The notes under the pieces were generated by a model. The model was not told where the DNA came from, made no database searches, and saw nothing but the letters and a program-made list of their open reading frames with translations. This document shows, one piece after another, positions 14,989-27,617 of a stretch of 64,000 nucleotides of DNA; position 1 is the first letter of the stretch; the number at the start of each line of letters is the position of its first letter. Source of the stretch: Negaprion brevirostris. Its lineage: Eukaryota. The stretch lies in NCBI GenBank assembly GCA_030324005.1, contig JARDVH010000132.1:17699806-17763805 (forward strand), given 5' to 3'. The translations under genes and the position numbers were made by a program.

Positions 14989-15237
14989 TGGTCTAGCAGC
15001 ATCTGTGGAGAGAGAATAGAGATGGTGTTTTAGATCTGTGACCAGAACTCAGTTTCACTGACTTCTGATGAAAAATTGCAGGCCTGAATCATTTTCTCTC
15101 CACAGAGGCTGCAAGACCTGAGAGTATTCCTAGCTTTTATTTTTGATTTTTTTTTATTGAGTCATCTTTTTCAATGTAAACTTAAGTTTATTCTAATAAG
15201 TAGCTTTTTTACTGTAAGAATTGGCATCCCTCTGTCA

Positions 15238-15555
15238 GGGGTAGCACAGTGTTTGGCACTGTGCCTCACACCGCCAGGGACCCAGGTTCAACTCTGGCTT
15301 CGGGTGGTTGTCTGTGTGGAATTTGCACATTCTCCCAGTGTCTGTGCGAGTTTCTTCCGGGTGCTCCAATTTCCTCCCACACTGCAAAGTTGTGCTGGTT
15401 AGGTTGACTGACCATGCTAAATTGTCCCCTAGTGTCATGATGATAGGCAGGGTAGATAGTGGGGTTACGGGAATAGAGACTGGGTGGGATTGTTGTTGGT
15501 GCAGACTCAATAGGTCAAATGGCTGCCTTCTGTACAGTACTGTAGGGATTCTATA
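15238..15555 (+). mobile_element. HE1 V-SINE, type 1 tail
   Basis: Head with ccagggacccaggttcaactc, V-domain and ctgtagggattctat tail. Confidence 0.85.
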
Positions 15556-15783
15556 GTAAGAATTTTTGAGTGCTTTTTAAAAAGAAAGCAAGAGGAAAGT
15601 GAATTTTTTCAATGGTTTTAAATAATGTGGAAACCTATTTTAACAAGGGATTTGTAATAGTGGGTATGATCTTTGAATGGTGGAAAGAGGGAATGTATTG
15701 GGTGTTGATTAGGTACACTTGCAGAAAGAATCCATCTTATTATTTTAGAAAATTTAATTTTGATTTTTGTTTTATTTTTACAG

Positions 15784-15863
15784 CATATGATTCAGCGAAG
15801 TGAATTCGATCATTATGTCTCCTTAGCCCAGCCAGGAGGAAATTTTTCTATCAGTGATGGACA
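15784..15863 (+). CDS. UBE3C: UBE3C exon 4, 5' part (HMIQRSEFDHYVSLAQPGGNFSISDG), cut by an N gap
   Basis: tttttacAG acceptor at 15782-15783; frame continues from exon 3; runs into Ns at 15864. Confidence 0.85.
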
Positions 15864-15963
15864 NNNNNNNNNNNNNNNNNNNNNNNNNNNNNNNNNNNNN
15901 NNNNNNNNNNNNNNNNNNNNNNNNNNNNNNNNNNNNNNNNNNNNNNNNNNNNNNNNNNNNNNN

Positions 15964-16985
15964 AGAATATAGGGGGTTAGGAAGTAAGCTGAAAGCAGGA
16001 CATCAAAGGTAATTATCTCAGGTTTATTATCAGCATTATGTGCTGGTCAGAGCAAAAAACAGCAGGACATATAGTATGAATTTGTGGCTGAAGAGATGGT
16101 GTGAGGGGGAGGATTTCAAATTCCCGGGACATCGGGACTGGTTCTGGAAGAGGTGGGACTTGTACAAAGTGGATGGGTTGCACCTGGACAGGACCAGGAC
16201 GGATGTCCTTGGGCAAAAAATGTTTAAGGGGGTAGTAAACAGTCTACCAAACTGTTATGGTAATGTTGGGAATAACATTAGACAGGAAATCAGAGATGCA
16301 TGTGATAAAGAATCTGCATATAGATTGGGTGAGTCAAATAAGTCTCAGTACAATAGAGGAGGAATTTCTGGAGTGTATATGGGATGGTTTTGGATCAAAA
16401 TGTTGAGGAGTCAACCTTGCACTGGATATTGTGCAATGAGAAAGGATTAATTGTGAGAACCCTTGGGGATGAGTGACCATAATACGATAGAATTCTTTAT
16501 TAAGGTGGATCAAGTGAGGTTGTTGATTCTGAGGCCAGGGTCCTGAATCTCAATAAAGGTAACTATGTTGGTATGAGGCATGAGTTGGCTATGAAAGACT
16601 GGGAAATATTATCGAAAGGAAGGCAATGGCAGGCATTCAAGGAACAAATGGGTGAACTCTGGAAGTTGTTTATTCCTGTTTGGCACAAAAGCGGTAAGGG
16701 AATTGTGGCCAAACCATGGCTTACAAGGGAAATTAGAGATAGTATTACGCTCAAAGAAGCATACAAATACAATAAAAAGCAATAGACGTCAGGATTGAGA
16801 GGAATTTAAAATTCAACAAAGGTGGACCAACAGATTGATTAAGAAGGGGAAAATAGAGAAAGTAATCTAGCGGGGAGCATAAGAACAGACTGTAAAAGTT
16901 TCTATAAGTATATAAAGAAAAAAAGATTGAGAAAAACTGAATGCTGATCCCTTACAGTCAGAAATGGGGGAATTCATAGTGGTGG
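15964..16985 (+). mobile_element. CR1-type LINE fragment (ORF1 esterase end into ORF2)
   Basis: MNLWLKRWCEGEDFKF...DWFWKRWDLYKVDGLHL; PLGMSDHN; KPWLTREIRDSI. Confidence 0.85.
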
Positions 16986-17059
16986 CCCTGGAGAATTGAT
17001 CTACAAGCTTGCAAGTGAAGGGATGTCAGGTCACAGCTGTTATGTTGAAGTTGAAATAT

Positions 17060-17302
17060 CAACTGTGGGCCAACCACAAACTAACCAAAAAAAGCCCCAT
17101 GTGTACTCAGCTTGTGTTCTCAGCAGTCTCCTTTACAGTAACAAGGCATGGACAACTTACACAAGCCAACAAAAGCGGCTGAACAGCTTCCATCTCTGTT
17201 GCTTCAGCCAGATACTGAACATTTTCTGGCAAGACATATTATTGAACATGAAAATACACCAATATGCAGGGTTCCCTTACATGTTTGAACTCTTGAGTTC
17301 AA
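17060..17302 (+). mobile_element. RTE-clade LINE C-terminal fragment
   Basis: VYSACVLSSLLYSNKAWTTY...KRLNSFHLCCFSQILNIFWQD. Confidence 0.8.
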
Positions 17303-17446
17303 ATGATTCAGCGAAGTGAATTCGATCATTATGTCTCCTTAGCCCAGCCAGGAGGAAATTTTTCTATCAGTGATGGACATAATTTGACTGTTTTAATAAG
17401 AAAACTCCTATTTTTTTACAAACAAAATGAAGATGTGGATAGATTG
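17303..17446 (+). CDS. UBE3C: UBE3C exon 4, copy lacking the acceptor and first codon (MIQRSEF...LLFFYKQNEDVDRL)
   Basis: Ends AGATTG|GTaagg; 144 nt plus the missing CAT codon gives 147 nt; first 77 nt identical to 15787-15863. Confidence 0.85.
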
Positions 17447-17946
17447 GTAAGGGAAGAAATTTGCCATTTGACAATTCAGTCTCAAATATGTGGAGCTGGA
17501 CTTGATTTCCAGTCAAAAATGCAAGTTCTACGTCAGCTGTTTTACTCACTGTTCATGGCTATTTCATCCCCCTTTCTGACTGTCCCACTGACTCTCCAAA
17601 GAGCAATGCGGGAATGGAGTTTACTACATCAAACAACCATGGCATTCCCTTTAACTGAACAGTTCAAACAGGTTAAAAGTTGCTTCAAACCAGTAGCAAC
17701 AGAATGCAGGTCCGTTGTGTGAACCTTTTCCTAAATTGATATTCTTTGCTTGTTTGTTAAAATTGTTATCTTTGTGAAGAACATGGCCCCTGTCAAATTT
17801 TGTACTTTCACTCAGTGTACACAGTGCTGGCGATGGGAAGATTCATTGATTATCCATGTTCTTGTTCAGCCGTTTCATTGGTTTCCTTGCCTGTTGATCT
17901 GATGTGCTCTCAATTATCTTTGATGCATTTGCTGGCACTAAAAGAG

Positions 17947-17980
17947 ACCCCCCCCCCCCCCGCCGCCGCCGCCGCCGCCG
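17947..17980 (+). repeat. Poly-C run followed by (GCC)n
   Basis: Read directly from the sequence. Confidence 0.9.
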
Positions 17981-18084
17981 AGTCTGACGTAGTAAAGTGA
18001 ATTATGTTAAATATCAAAATAGGGCTTTTATAAATTGTTCTGTGCAAGATGTAAATTAACTTGAATTTTCCCTCTCTCTTTCAG

Positions 18085-18200
18085 ACATGGATGTGTCAAA
18101 ATTTGGTTAAGCATAGCGCTCAGTATGTGCAGCAGCTTGCTGATTCTAACAGACAAATATGTTTATATCAAATAAAATGTTTATTGGGCTTATGTTGCAG
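18085..18200 (+). CDS. UBE3C: UBE3C exon 5 (TWMCQNLVKHSAQYVQQLADSNRQICLYQIKCLLGLCC)
   Basis: ctctctttcAG acceptor, GTaagc donor, 116 nt, phase 0/2. Confidence 0.95.
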
Positions 18201-19779
18201 GTAAGCAGTTTTTTATTATATAGTCACACTGATGTGCTATGAATGACATTACAATTCAGAGCATGAAGGGGAGACCTTTATAATGGGGCATAGCCAAAGA
18301 AAACTTTGAACAAACATGCTAAATGGTTAGTTTTTTTTTTCTGCTGCTTGCCAGCAATTTTAATTACTGCTGTACAGGCTAGACGTTGCTGCACTGCAGG
18401 CCACTCGGTGAAATACCAGTCGATTGGGGACTAGAACTTTGTGGTGCAATTCGTTCCTTACTATGATTGCTTCCTTGTAATTTCTTGCTCTAATTGTAAT
18501 TTAATCCACTGTTTTACTGGTAAAGGAATGATAAATTGTCGTATTGCCAGGAAATGTTGTCTTTTTTAAAATTGCGTTTTAATCTGCCCTTTGTTTATTT
18601 TTGAGTGCTCTTCTCACCATGCATTTCCTGACAACGCTCCATAACCAGGCTTTTGCTGTTTCCACTGAATAACTTCATAGGGATGGGGCAGAAATGATCT
18701 CTGTTTGGGAAGATTTATCTTTGCTGGTGCTCCTCTTAGTCTTTTAATTTGTTTGCGGACAAAAATAAAGTCATCACTCCTTCCACAATTAAAAGCTACC
18801 TGGAGGCTGAGCCACAATCAGGAACCTTATTGTGTTGTCATCATTGCAGAAGCACCATGTTGATGGACATTGTGGGAGTTTCAGTGGGACCATTCAACCG
18901 TTTTTTTTCTGGACAGTCGCTTGAGTATTCATGTATTCTAACGTTGAAGTGACAACATTGAGTCTCTGTTCTTTGACCCCAAAGATGGTGACCCTGTTGG
19001 TACAATTCCCTAGCTTGGAGGTGGAACATCAATTTTTAGGACACCTCTTTTAGCCCCCCCCTCCCCATTTATGATGAGCAAATGGTATCCTGAAGGGGAC
19101 TTTCAGCCACAGCCATTGCTGTGCAAAGACATCTCCGTTTTAACACAGGTATCCAGCAACCTTCATGCATCTGTTGCCTGTGTGCAAATTCTTGACAAGA
19201 GACTCATGACTTTGTTTAATATGGAGACCTTTGAACACCGTCATTGTCAATGATCTTGACAGATTGGTGGTCAGATTTCAGTGATGTCAAACAGTGATGA
19301 CCAGGACTCCCTTGCTGCTGGAGCCTTTTTCCAACTTTACACCCGGTGAAATGTGCAGTCTTCCTTCATCTGTTCTGTTGTTTGAGGACCTTTTGGACCT
19401 CACTTTACCTGGCACCTTCCTCTGACCTTGTTGACATAGCTGGAGCTATTGGGAGCAAGGAGCTCCTGACAACATTGCTCAAGGGATTGTCAGTATGCAA
19501 AAGCTTCTTCTTGACGCCAAGTTGGTGATCCATGAAGAAAATCATCTCGTAGAACTAGAGCAGGAGATGCAAGGAGCACCGTCACCTCCATGCTCCACCA
19601 TTCTGACCTGGAATCAAATTGCAGCTATATCTTTGAGTCAAAATCCTGGAGCAACCCCCTACAGCTGTGTGGATCTGTCTTTATCATGTGGGCTATTATG
19701 ATTCAAGTAGTAGGCTTGCTACTATATCATGCACTATTGGCTGAGCAACATGTGCTGGTCTTGCCAGTGATGCTCATAT

Positions 19780-20110
19780 AAGAACATAAGAAATAGGAGC
19801 AGGAGTAGGCCATGTAGCCCTTAGAGCCTGCCCCGCCATTCAATAAGATCATGGCTGATCTGTCGTGGCTCAGTTCCACACTCCTGCCCTCTCCCCATAA
19901 NNNNNNNNNNNNNNNNNNNNNNNNNNNNNNNNNNNNNNNNNNNNNNNNNNNNNNNNNNNNNNNNNNNNNNNNNNNNNNNNNNNNNNNNNNNNNNNNNNNN
20001 TGCACCGTTGCATGCTGCAGTTTTTCGCCATGTAAGTAATAGTCCTTCCTACCATTATTCCTACCAAAGTGGACAACCTCACACTTGCCAACATTAAATT
20101 CCATTTGCCA
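19780..20110 (-). mobile_element. Young CR1-type LINE, ends flanking an N gap
   Basis: Tail aagaacataagaaataggagcaggagtaggcc; MEFNVGKCEVVHFGRNN. Confidence 0.85.
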
Positions 20111-20914
20111 GTTATGCTAAGAACAAATAATAAACTTCAAAATACTGCTTTTATTCTTGTTATCTCAAGGTTTGCTTTATTATTGGCATTATTTTGTCCT
20201 AATCTGGTTATTAGATATTACCAAGGTTGTCAAATTTAATTGATGGGAATCGTGGGGGAGAGCAAGAGGAAAGGGATGATAAATTGAAAGCTTTAAGCAG
20301 TATCTATATGGATTACCTGTGATATCCCAATAATCTGCCAATAGATGATGGTAGTACTCTATGCATCACTAATTCAGGTGCTGTCCCATGTTATGCTTAA
20401 TTAGTGCCTCTTGAGTTAGAGGTGTGAACTTCAGGGATTCCTTCTCCTGTCTCCCAGTGTGCATTGATTTTCACAATGTGATTGCAGGATGAAAAGAAGA
20501 TCCAACTCTTCATAATTTGTATAACTCACTTACTTATACACACTTATCTAAGTTTACACTTGAAGAAAAGCCACTAATGTGAAAGATTGCTGGTGCCTGG
20601 AGAGCTGTCCCTAGCAAGAAGTCAATATCATATGTGGAAAATCTGCTTTACAATTTAAATTATATAATTTCTTCCTTAGTTTCAGTATGTTTATTTGATG
20701 ATGGAGCTTGTAATGCTGAAAACAAATGGTCAGTAATAATGAAATATTTACAATTAATGTCAATTAATATAGTGAAGAAAGTAATAGCACAAGTTCATAA
20801 TGGCAGTAGGTGAGAATCTTCCATAACTACACTCCTCAGAGTTGTCTTGATTTTGGGTCCTGTTCCTTTTAGATAAGAAAATCTGGGAATTAGATATAGA
20901 AACACGCCAATTAA

Positions 20915-21440
20915 GAGCAGGAGTAGGCCACTTAGCCCCTCGAGCCTACTCCACCATTCCGTGAGGTTGTGGCCGATCTGATTGCAACCTCTACCTCACA
21001 TTCCTGCCTACCCTTTCACCCCTTGTTCATTAATAATCTATCTTGCTCTGGCTTAAAGTTATTTAAATACTCTGTTTTCACTACCTTGTGGGGAAGAGAG
21101 TTCCAAAGACTCAAGACCCTCAAAGAAATGTTGCCTCATTTCTGAATTACATGAGCAACAGCTTACATTTAAGCAGTGACACCCCTCCCTCCCCCCGAGT
21201 GAGTACAAATTTAACCTTTCCTCATTAGACGACCCTCCCTTTCCTGCTATTAGTTCATTAATCCACCTTTGAACTGCTAAAGCATTTACACCTTTCCTTA
21301 AATAAGGAGACAAATACACATTAACGATCCCTGTGCACCGTACTCAAAATGTAGTCTCACCAATGCCCTGTACAATTGGAGCATAACCTCCTTCCTTTTG
21401 TAATCCATTCCCCTCTCAATAAACAACATTCTATTAGATC
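20915..21440 (-). mobile_element. CR1-type LINE 3' fragment
   Basis: CR1 tail plus SPYLRKGVNALA..VQR remnant. Confidence 0.8.
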
Positions 21441-21454
21441 CCCTAGTTAGCTTA

Positions 21455-23175
21455 ACTTTGTCAGGAAACAGCTAGAATGATAATTAAGGGTAGGGTGACT
21501 GAACACCTTAAAACTATTCAGCTGATTAGAGACAGCAAGCATGAATTTGTAAGGGAAGGGTCATATTCGATTTTTTTTTTGTGCAGGTGAATAAATTGTG
21601 GACAGGAATGTTTATGGATGTTCTTTATATGGACCTCTTTGACCAAGTCAAAGTCAAAGTTGAAACTCATGGAATTGAAGGCAAATTACTGACCTGGTTA
21701 GGAAGTTAGTTGAGTGGCAGGACGCAGTAGGCATAATGGACAGAATTGTTTGAATTGATAGATGTGAGAGTAGTGATGTCCCATAGGGAAGTGGTTTGGA
21801 TCCTCAAACATATTGAGTATATTATTGAACACTTAAACAGTAGGGTAGAGAGCTGCATAACCAAGCTTGCTGATGTCACACAGCCAGGTGATGTTAGCAA
21901 TTTAGATAAAAGCAGAAAGTGATATTATGTGAGATTACACGTTTTGGCAGAAAAATAAAGGCAGCTTATTACCTAAATGGAAATCACCTTCAAAATGGAT
22001 TTGGGTGTCTATGTTCGTGAATTGCAGAAAGTCAACGTGCAGGTGCAGCATGTAATGAAAAAGGCAAATGGCATGTTAGCATTTATTGCAAAGGACTGGA
22101 GGATAAGAGTAGAGAGATGTTGTTGCAATTGTATAGCGTATTGGTGAAACCACATCTGGAGTATTGTGTCCTTATTTGGTCTCCTTATTTGAGGAAAGAT
22201 TTGGAGGCAGTTCCAGAGGAACTGAATCACCAGATTTGATTCCAGGATGAAGGGGTTGATGTGTATGGAGAGGTTAAACAGTTTGGGCCTATACTCACTG
22301 GAGTTCAGAAGGATGTGAGGGGATCTAATTGAGGTGTATACAAAATTTTAAAAGGGATTGATAACGTATATGTATATCAAATGTTTCCTCTTATGAGGCA
22401 ATCTAGAACAAGAGGCCACAAGTATAGGTTGAGAGGTGGTAGACAAAACTAAGATGAGGAAGAACTATTACTTGTAGAAGGTGGTGAATTTATCGAACTC
22501 GCTGCTCCGTAGCACGGAGTCTGAATCGAGGTAGGTATATTTCTAATGTTAAAAAAAAATTTAAGGGGATGTGGGGAACAAGTGGGAAGGTGAATTTGAG
22601 ACCAGGGAGAGATCAGCCATGATCTGATTGAATCAGGCTCGACGGGCTGAATTTGCCTACTGCTACTCCCAATTCCTAGGCTCCGAAGTGAATGGTCAAA
22701 ACTATGACCAATAAATTTCAATACAGACAAGTGCAAGGTAATCTATTTTGGACCTAAAAAGAGACATCAGAATACTTTTGAAATGGTGAAAAGCGTGACA
22801 ACGTCTAGGTCCAGACACTTGGGTCTCTGTTATGGATCATGAAAATGTCATGAACAGCTACAGAAAGTAATCAAGACAATGAATGAAACACTGACAATTG
22901 CGTTGAGAAGGTTAGGATACAACGGTTAGTAGCCATGATGCAACTAAACAAAGCCCGGGTTAGAAAACTCTAAGCATTGTGATTAGTTCTGGGCAGCACA
23001 GCTGAGGAAGGATAAATTGCACTTAGGGGAAGCGCAGCATAAATTTATATGAAGAATTATTTGGACTCAGTGTTGAGCTCTAAGAAGACAATACACAAAT
23101 AAGGGTTGTATTCCCTGGAATTTGGTGATTATTTAATTGATGCTTTCCAGACACAAAGAGTAGATAGAAATAAAT
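21455..23175 (+). mobile_element. Old CR1 with a second CR1 3' end (~21930-22680) nested inside it
   Basis: Outer copy SKLADVT resumes at ~22686 with FNTDKCKVIYFG; inner copy VMKKANGMLAFIAK...LQLYSVLVKPHLEYCV plus tail. Confidence 0.75.
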
Positions 23176-23182
23176 TATTTTT

Positions 23183-23515
23183 CAAAATTTATTCTTTGGG
23201 ATGTCGACACCAGTGGTGATGCTAGCATTTATTGTCCATCCCTAATTGCCCTTGAACTGAGTAATTTGCCACACCATTTCAGAGTCAACCACATTGCTAT
23301 GGATTTGGAGTCGCATGTAAGATGGACCAGATAAAATGGCTGATTTTCTTTCGCTCGTGAACCAGATTGCTGATGGTGGTAAACACCAATGGTTTCATAG
23401 TCACCATTACTTTTCAATTTCAGATTATTGCTCAAGTTCAAATTCCATCAGCTGCTGTGGTGGGATTTGTACCCTTCTTCCCTCAGAGCCTTAATCTGGG
23501 CCTCTGGATTACTAA
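23183..23515 (-). mobile_element. Second tRNA-derived SINE family (family B)
   Basis: Homologous to 29302-29685, 61253-61670 and the split + strand copy at 30670-31530; shared core gagtcaaccacattgctgtggctctggagtcacatg. Confidence 0.75.
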
Positions 23516-23988
23516 ATATAGAAATGTAGAAAATAGGAGCTGGAGTAGACTATTCGGCCCTTCAGGCCTGCTCCATCATATAATGTGATCATGGCTGCTC
23601 CTTGGTCTCAGTGGCATAATAGCATAGTGACATCACCACTTCACCACCATATCCACCTTCACTATGGCTTAATTATGCTGGTTTGGTAGTTTAGGATTAG
23701 AGACCATAAAAGTTTTAGCCAGACCTTTCAGGTGGTAGTTACAGGTTAGAAACTATTCCACAAATTGGAGTTGATGGTGCATTAATTTTAGATCTGAATG
23801 ATTATTTTTCCTTTTAACCCAAGATATTGGTGGGGCTATGGTTGGCCCATATAGAGTTAGGATGCCAATGGGATATCATTGAATGGCAAAATAGGCTTAA
23901 GGATGTACTCCAGTTCCTGTTGTGTCAATATCACAAATTTTATAGTCTATTTGTTTTCGAGTAACAAACTTAATTTTTGGCTTCATAG

Positions 23989-24146
23989 GCTACTGAAGAG
24001 CTGCAACAATGAAAGTTTGAATGTTACTGTGCCTTTGAGGATGCTGGAGACCTTTTCCTCAGAGAAAACATATTTGCCTGTTGTACAGGATGCTAACATT
24101 GTAGCATCATTGGTTGAGCAAATTTTGCACTACATGGTTCAGAAAG
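23989..24146 (+). CDS. UBE3C: UBE3C exon 6 (LLKSCNNESLNVTVPLRMLETFSSEKTYLPVVQDANIVASLVEQILHYMVQK)
   Basis: catAG acceptor, GTtagt donor, 158 nt, phase 2/1; visible within ORF 23879..24151. Confidence 0.95.
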
Positions 24147-25129
24147 GTTAGTGATTTCGAATAACACAAGAAAAATATTTTGGGAGTGCGCTTTAAAAAG
24201 TATCTAATAAACCAATGTCCTCTTAAATGTTTGTGTTCAGTGTTAAAAATAATGATTGTACCTTCAACTATTTACCAAACCTACTGTGCTATTTTGGGTT
24301 CTAACATTTATGCATGGTACCTAGCGTTATCTGTGTAATGCTCGAGTTTGTTTTGTTGCTACAGCCATTTAAACCCGGTCTATGGTGGCATGAATTCAGT
24401 CTATGATTTGTCTTTTTGTGTATGTCTATCTTATTTACATATCTTGATGTACCTTTTATACTATTAATGTGTCATTTTCTTTTAAGCTCAGTATCACAAT
24501 TGTGTTAGGTTTGATATATCAATGTATTTCTCCAAAAATTGACTCAATTTTAAAAACAAGCCTACATTTCTTCTCGATTTATTAGTAATCAGAAGTTTAC
24601 AGTGGTCAGTATCCAGTAGTGCACTTTCAATGCACTTGTACAGTAAACCCAAAGTTACATTTTAATGAGTATCATTTTTACTCAACAATGTTCTTTTTGG
24701 AAAGGTTACTTTCAACACCATAGGGCAGAAACTCCTGTTGACAAAATTGATGCAAAAATGCTTCAATTGCCCGTTATCTTCCTTGTGTGCTTTTCATTTT
24801 CTTGTATTAATAAAAGTTGCCTTGGTATTAGGTCTGAGTAAATAACCAAAGTGGACATGGATACCCATCATGTCATATTATATCAATATTTGTGATCAGC
24901 TCTGATGTCCTATTTGCTGTAACATTTTAGGGTAGATTTTATAAATGTACACTTCTGGTTTGGGGTTTCACACGCATTTTGGGAAAGAAGCTGATTAATT
25001 TTAATGGATTGAATCCATGGTAACATCTCCATTTAAATAGAGTCCACTTACCAACCAGTCAGCACACTCTTCTCATGCAGTATAAATTGTTGTTCCCCCT
25101 TTACTATTGGTAATTTCTTGCAAGCTATT

Positions 25130-25440
25130 CTGATTTGATTTGATTTATTATTGTCACATATATTAGTATACAGTAAAAAAAATTGTTTCTTGCATACTGT
25201 TCATACAGAATGAAAGGAGAGGATGCAGAATGTAATGTTACAGTTATAGCTAGGGTGTAGAGAAAGGTCAACTTAAGGTAGGTCTATTCAAAAGTCTGGT
25301 TGCAAGGAAGAGTTGATTGGTGCTTGATCTCACTCTTGTATCTTTTTCCCAATGGAAGAAGGTGGAAGAGAGTATGTCTTGGTGGTCCTTGACTATATTG
25401 GCTGCTTTTACGAGGCAGTGGGAAGTGTAGGCAGAGACAT
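25130..25440 (-). mobile_element. Rex1/Babar-type LINE 3' end
   Basis: Same tail (tgatttgatttattattgtcaca) as 47605-47824 and 49385-50500. Confidence 0.75.
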
Positions 25441-25582
25441 NNNNNNNNNNAAAAATGAAAAGCTTTGATGGCATGCCTCTCTTTTTCAGCAATATTTTAC
25501 CAAATGTGCTACCAAATGACTATTTGAACAATATTTAGTTATTTTCCTACATCTGTTAACTGGTTATTTTCTTTTGTTGCAG

Positions 25583-25745
25583 GTTACTACAAATCACTTT
25601 ACATGTTAATTAATCATAGGCTTCCATCAAGTTTAGAGTATTCTGATGCTTCACGTATTTCACGTGTTCCCCTTGCAATGACATTGTTGGAGAATTTCCT
25701 GAAACCACTGCACTTTCAATATGCCTCCTGCCCAGAAGGTTCGAG
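25583..25745 (+). CDS. UBE3C: UBE3C exon 7 (YYKSLYMLINHRLPSSLEYSDASRISRVPLAMTLLENFLKPLHFQYASCPEGS)
   Basis: ttgttgcAG acceptor, GTaaga donor, 163 nt, phase 1/2. Confidence 0.95.
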
Positions 25746-26319
25746 GTAAGAAGTTCTAACATTTAAATTTCAAGTAAAGAATCGGAGCATGATGAATGCA
25801 AGAGATTACTTTTAATGTATTTTCAATCCATTGTGTTGGAGGCGCTTGTGATGGTGCTTCACCTCAGTGCTACAGTGTAGTGTACCATGGTATAAGGGTT
25901 GCTGCTGATGAATTTTCTTTTTTTCCTGATGCAGTACAATTCCTTTTTCAGTTATGGTAATGGATGCACTNNNNNNNNNNNNNNNNNNNNNNNNNNNNNN
26001 NNNNNNNNNNNNNNNNNNNNNNNNNNNNNNNNNNNNNNNNNNNNNNNNNNNNNNNNNNNNNNNNNNNNNNNNNNNNNNNNNNNNNNNNNNNNNNNNNNNN
26101 NNNNNNNNNNNNNNNNNNNNNNNNNNNNNNNNNNNNNNNNNNNNNNNNNNNNNNNNNNNNNNNNNNNNNNNNNNNNNNNNNNNNNNNNNNNNNNNNNNNN
26201 NNNNNNNNNNNNNNNNNNNNNNNNNNNNNNNNNNNNNNNNNNNNNNNNNNNNNNNNNNNNNNNNNNNNNNNNNNNNNNNNNNNNNNNNNNNNNNNNNNNN
26301 NNNNNNNNNNNNNNNNNNN

Positions 26320-26573
26320 TCAGTGGAAAAAGCCTGCTTGCATTCACTCTATCTATACCCATCATAATTTTATACACCTCTATCAAATCTCCCCTCCAGG
26401 GAGTGAAGTCCTAACCTATTCAACCTTTCTCTGTAACTCAGTTTCTCAAGTCCCATCAACATCTTTGTAAACCTTCTCTGCACTCTTTCAACTTTATTAA
26501 TATCGTTCCTGTAATTTGGTGACCAAAACTTCACACAATACTCTAAGTTCGGCCTCACCAATGTCTTATACAT
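26320..26573 (-). mobile_element. CR1-type LINE fragment
   Basis: MYKTLVRPNLEYCVKFWSPNYRNDINKVERVQRRFTKM. Confidence 0.88.
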
Positions 26574-27617
26574 GAATTCTGATATAAATAAACTTTGAAG
26601 CCACAGAGCTCAGTTTATACGGATGTTATATAAAACATCATATTTACTAATGGCATTAATGTTACCAGAAGCATCCTTGCACTCAGCCTCTGCTGTGCCC
26701 AGACTATTGTGTCCAGCCATGATGTAGTTGCATTTGGGAGATTCTCCCTTTGTCATTTGCATATATTTGGGGGGGATGTCATCAGTGTTTTCTTAATTGT
26801 AGGTAACCTGTAAAGATTTGGTGTTACTGAATGAGGAAGTAACCCCCAAGGTGCTGAGGACAAATGTTAGCCCTGTGATAAGTTTGACTGACTGTTTTGT
26901 CAGTTTGTTACTAGCAGAACTTTATTTTTGTTTAAAATTAATCTGGTATTTCTCCTAAAGGCAGTGATTGATGAGCGGGGGGGATCCCCAGTGTGCTTTA
27001 AAATGACTCGGGGGGTTTTATTAGCTGGATTTTTTAAATGAGCTAAATTAATATTTTATTAGTGCTTTAGTTATTTTTGAAAAGTAGTATCAGCTTAAAA
27101 TTGGACGCAAATTAGAGCACTGTTCCAGTGAGGAAGAATCAGTAGGGGGAATCTTACCAGCTTTAAAATTTCCCAGGTGTCAGGGCCAAGTCCAACTGCT
27201 GGTGTTGGTTGGTTGAATGGTGTTATAATCTGCAGGGAATTGGCTAATTCAGAGTCCAATCCTGCATTTGCTGCCCAATTTGAGAGTGGTCGGTCACGCG
27301 CCTGAGATGGGCCTAATCAAAGGGCCTGCAACCCCACTGGGCGAGGTGGGTGGTGCTAAAACAGGAGTCTGTGATGGCAGCTCAAACAGGAGATGCTGTC
27401 AGACGTGTACTGAAAATCTAAGACTAATGAATGCATTGCTGTCAGGGCCGTCATTGTGGAGTGGAACTCCCTCCACGGACTTCTTGTGTTGCTCTTACCC
27501 TAGTTGCTCCGATTGGGGTTGAGAAGATGCATCAGTGGCCTCCCGGCCTGCTGCTGGGACACCATCTCCAAGTAGCCACTGGGCCTGTTCCATGTTACGA
27601 AGATGTTGGAAGCTAAA

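Noticed and set aside
25899-26470. Long ORFs in the ORF track (also 30896-31284 and 47747-48454)
   Set aside because: They are read-through of N runs.
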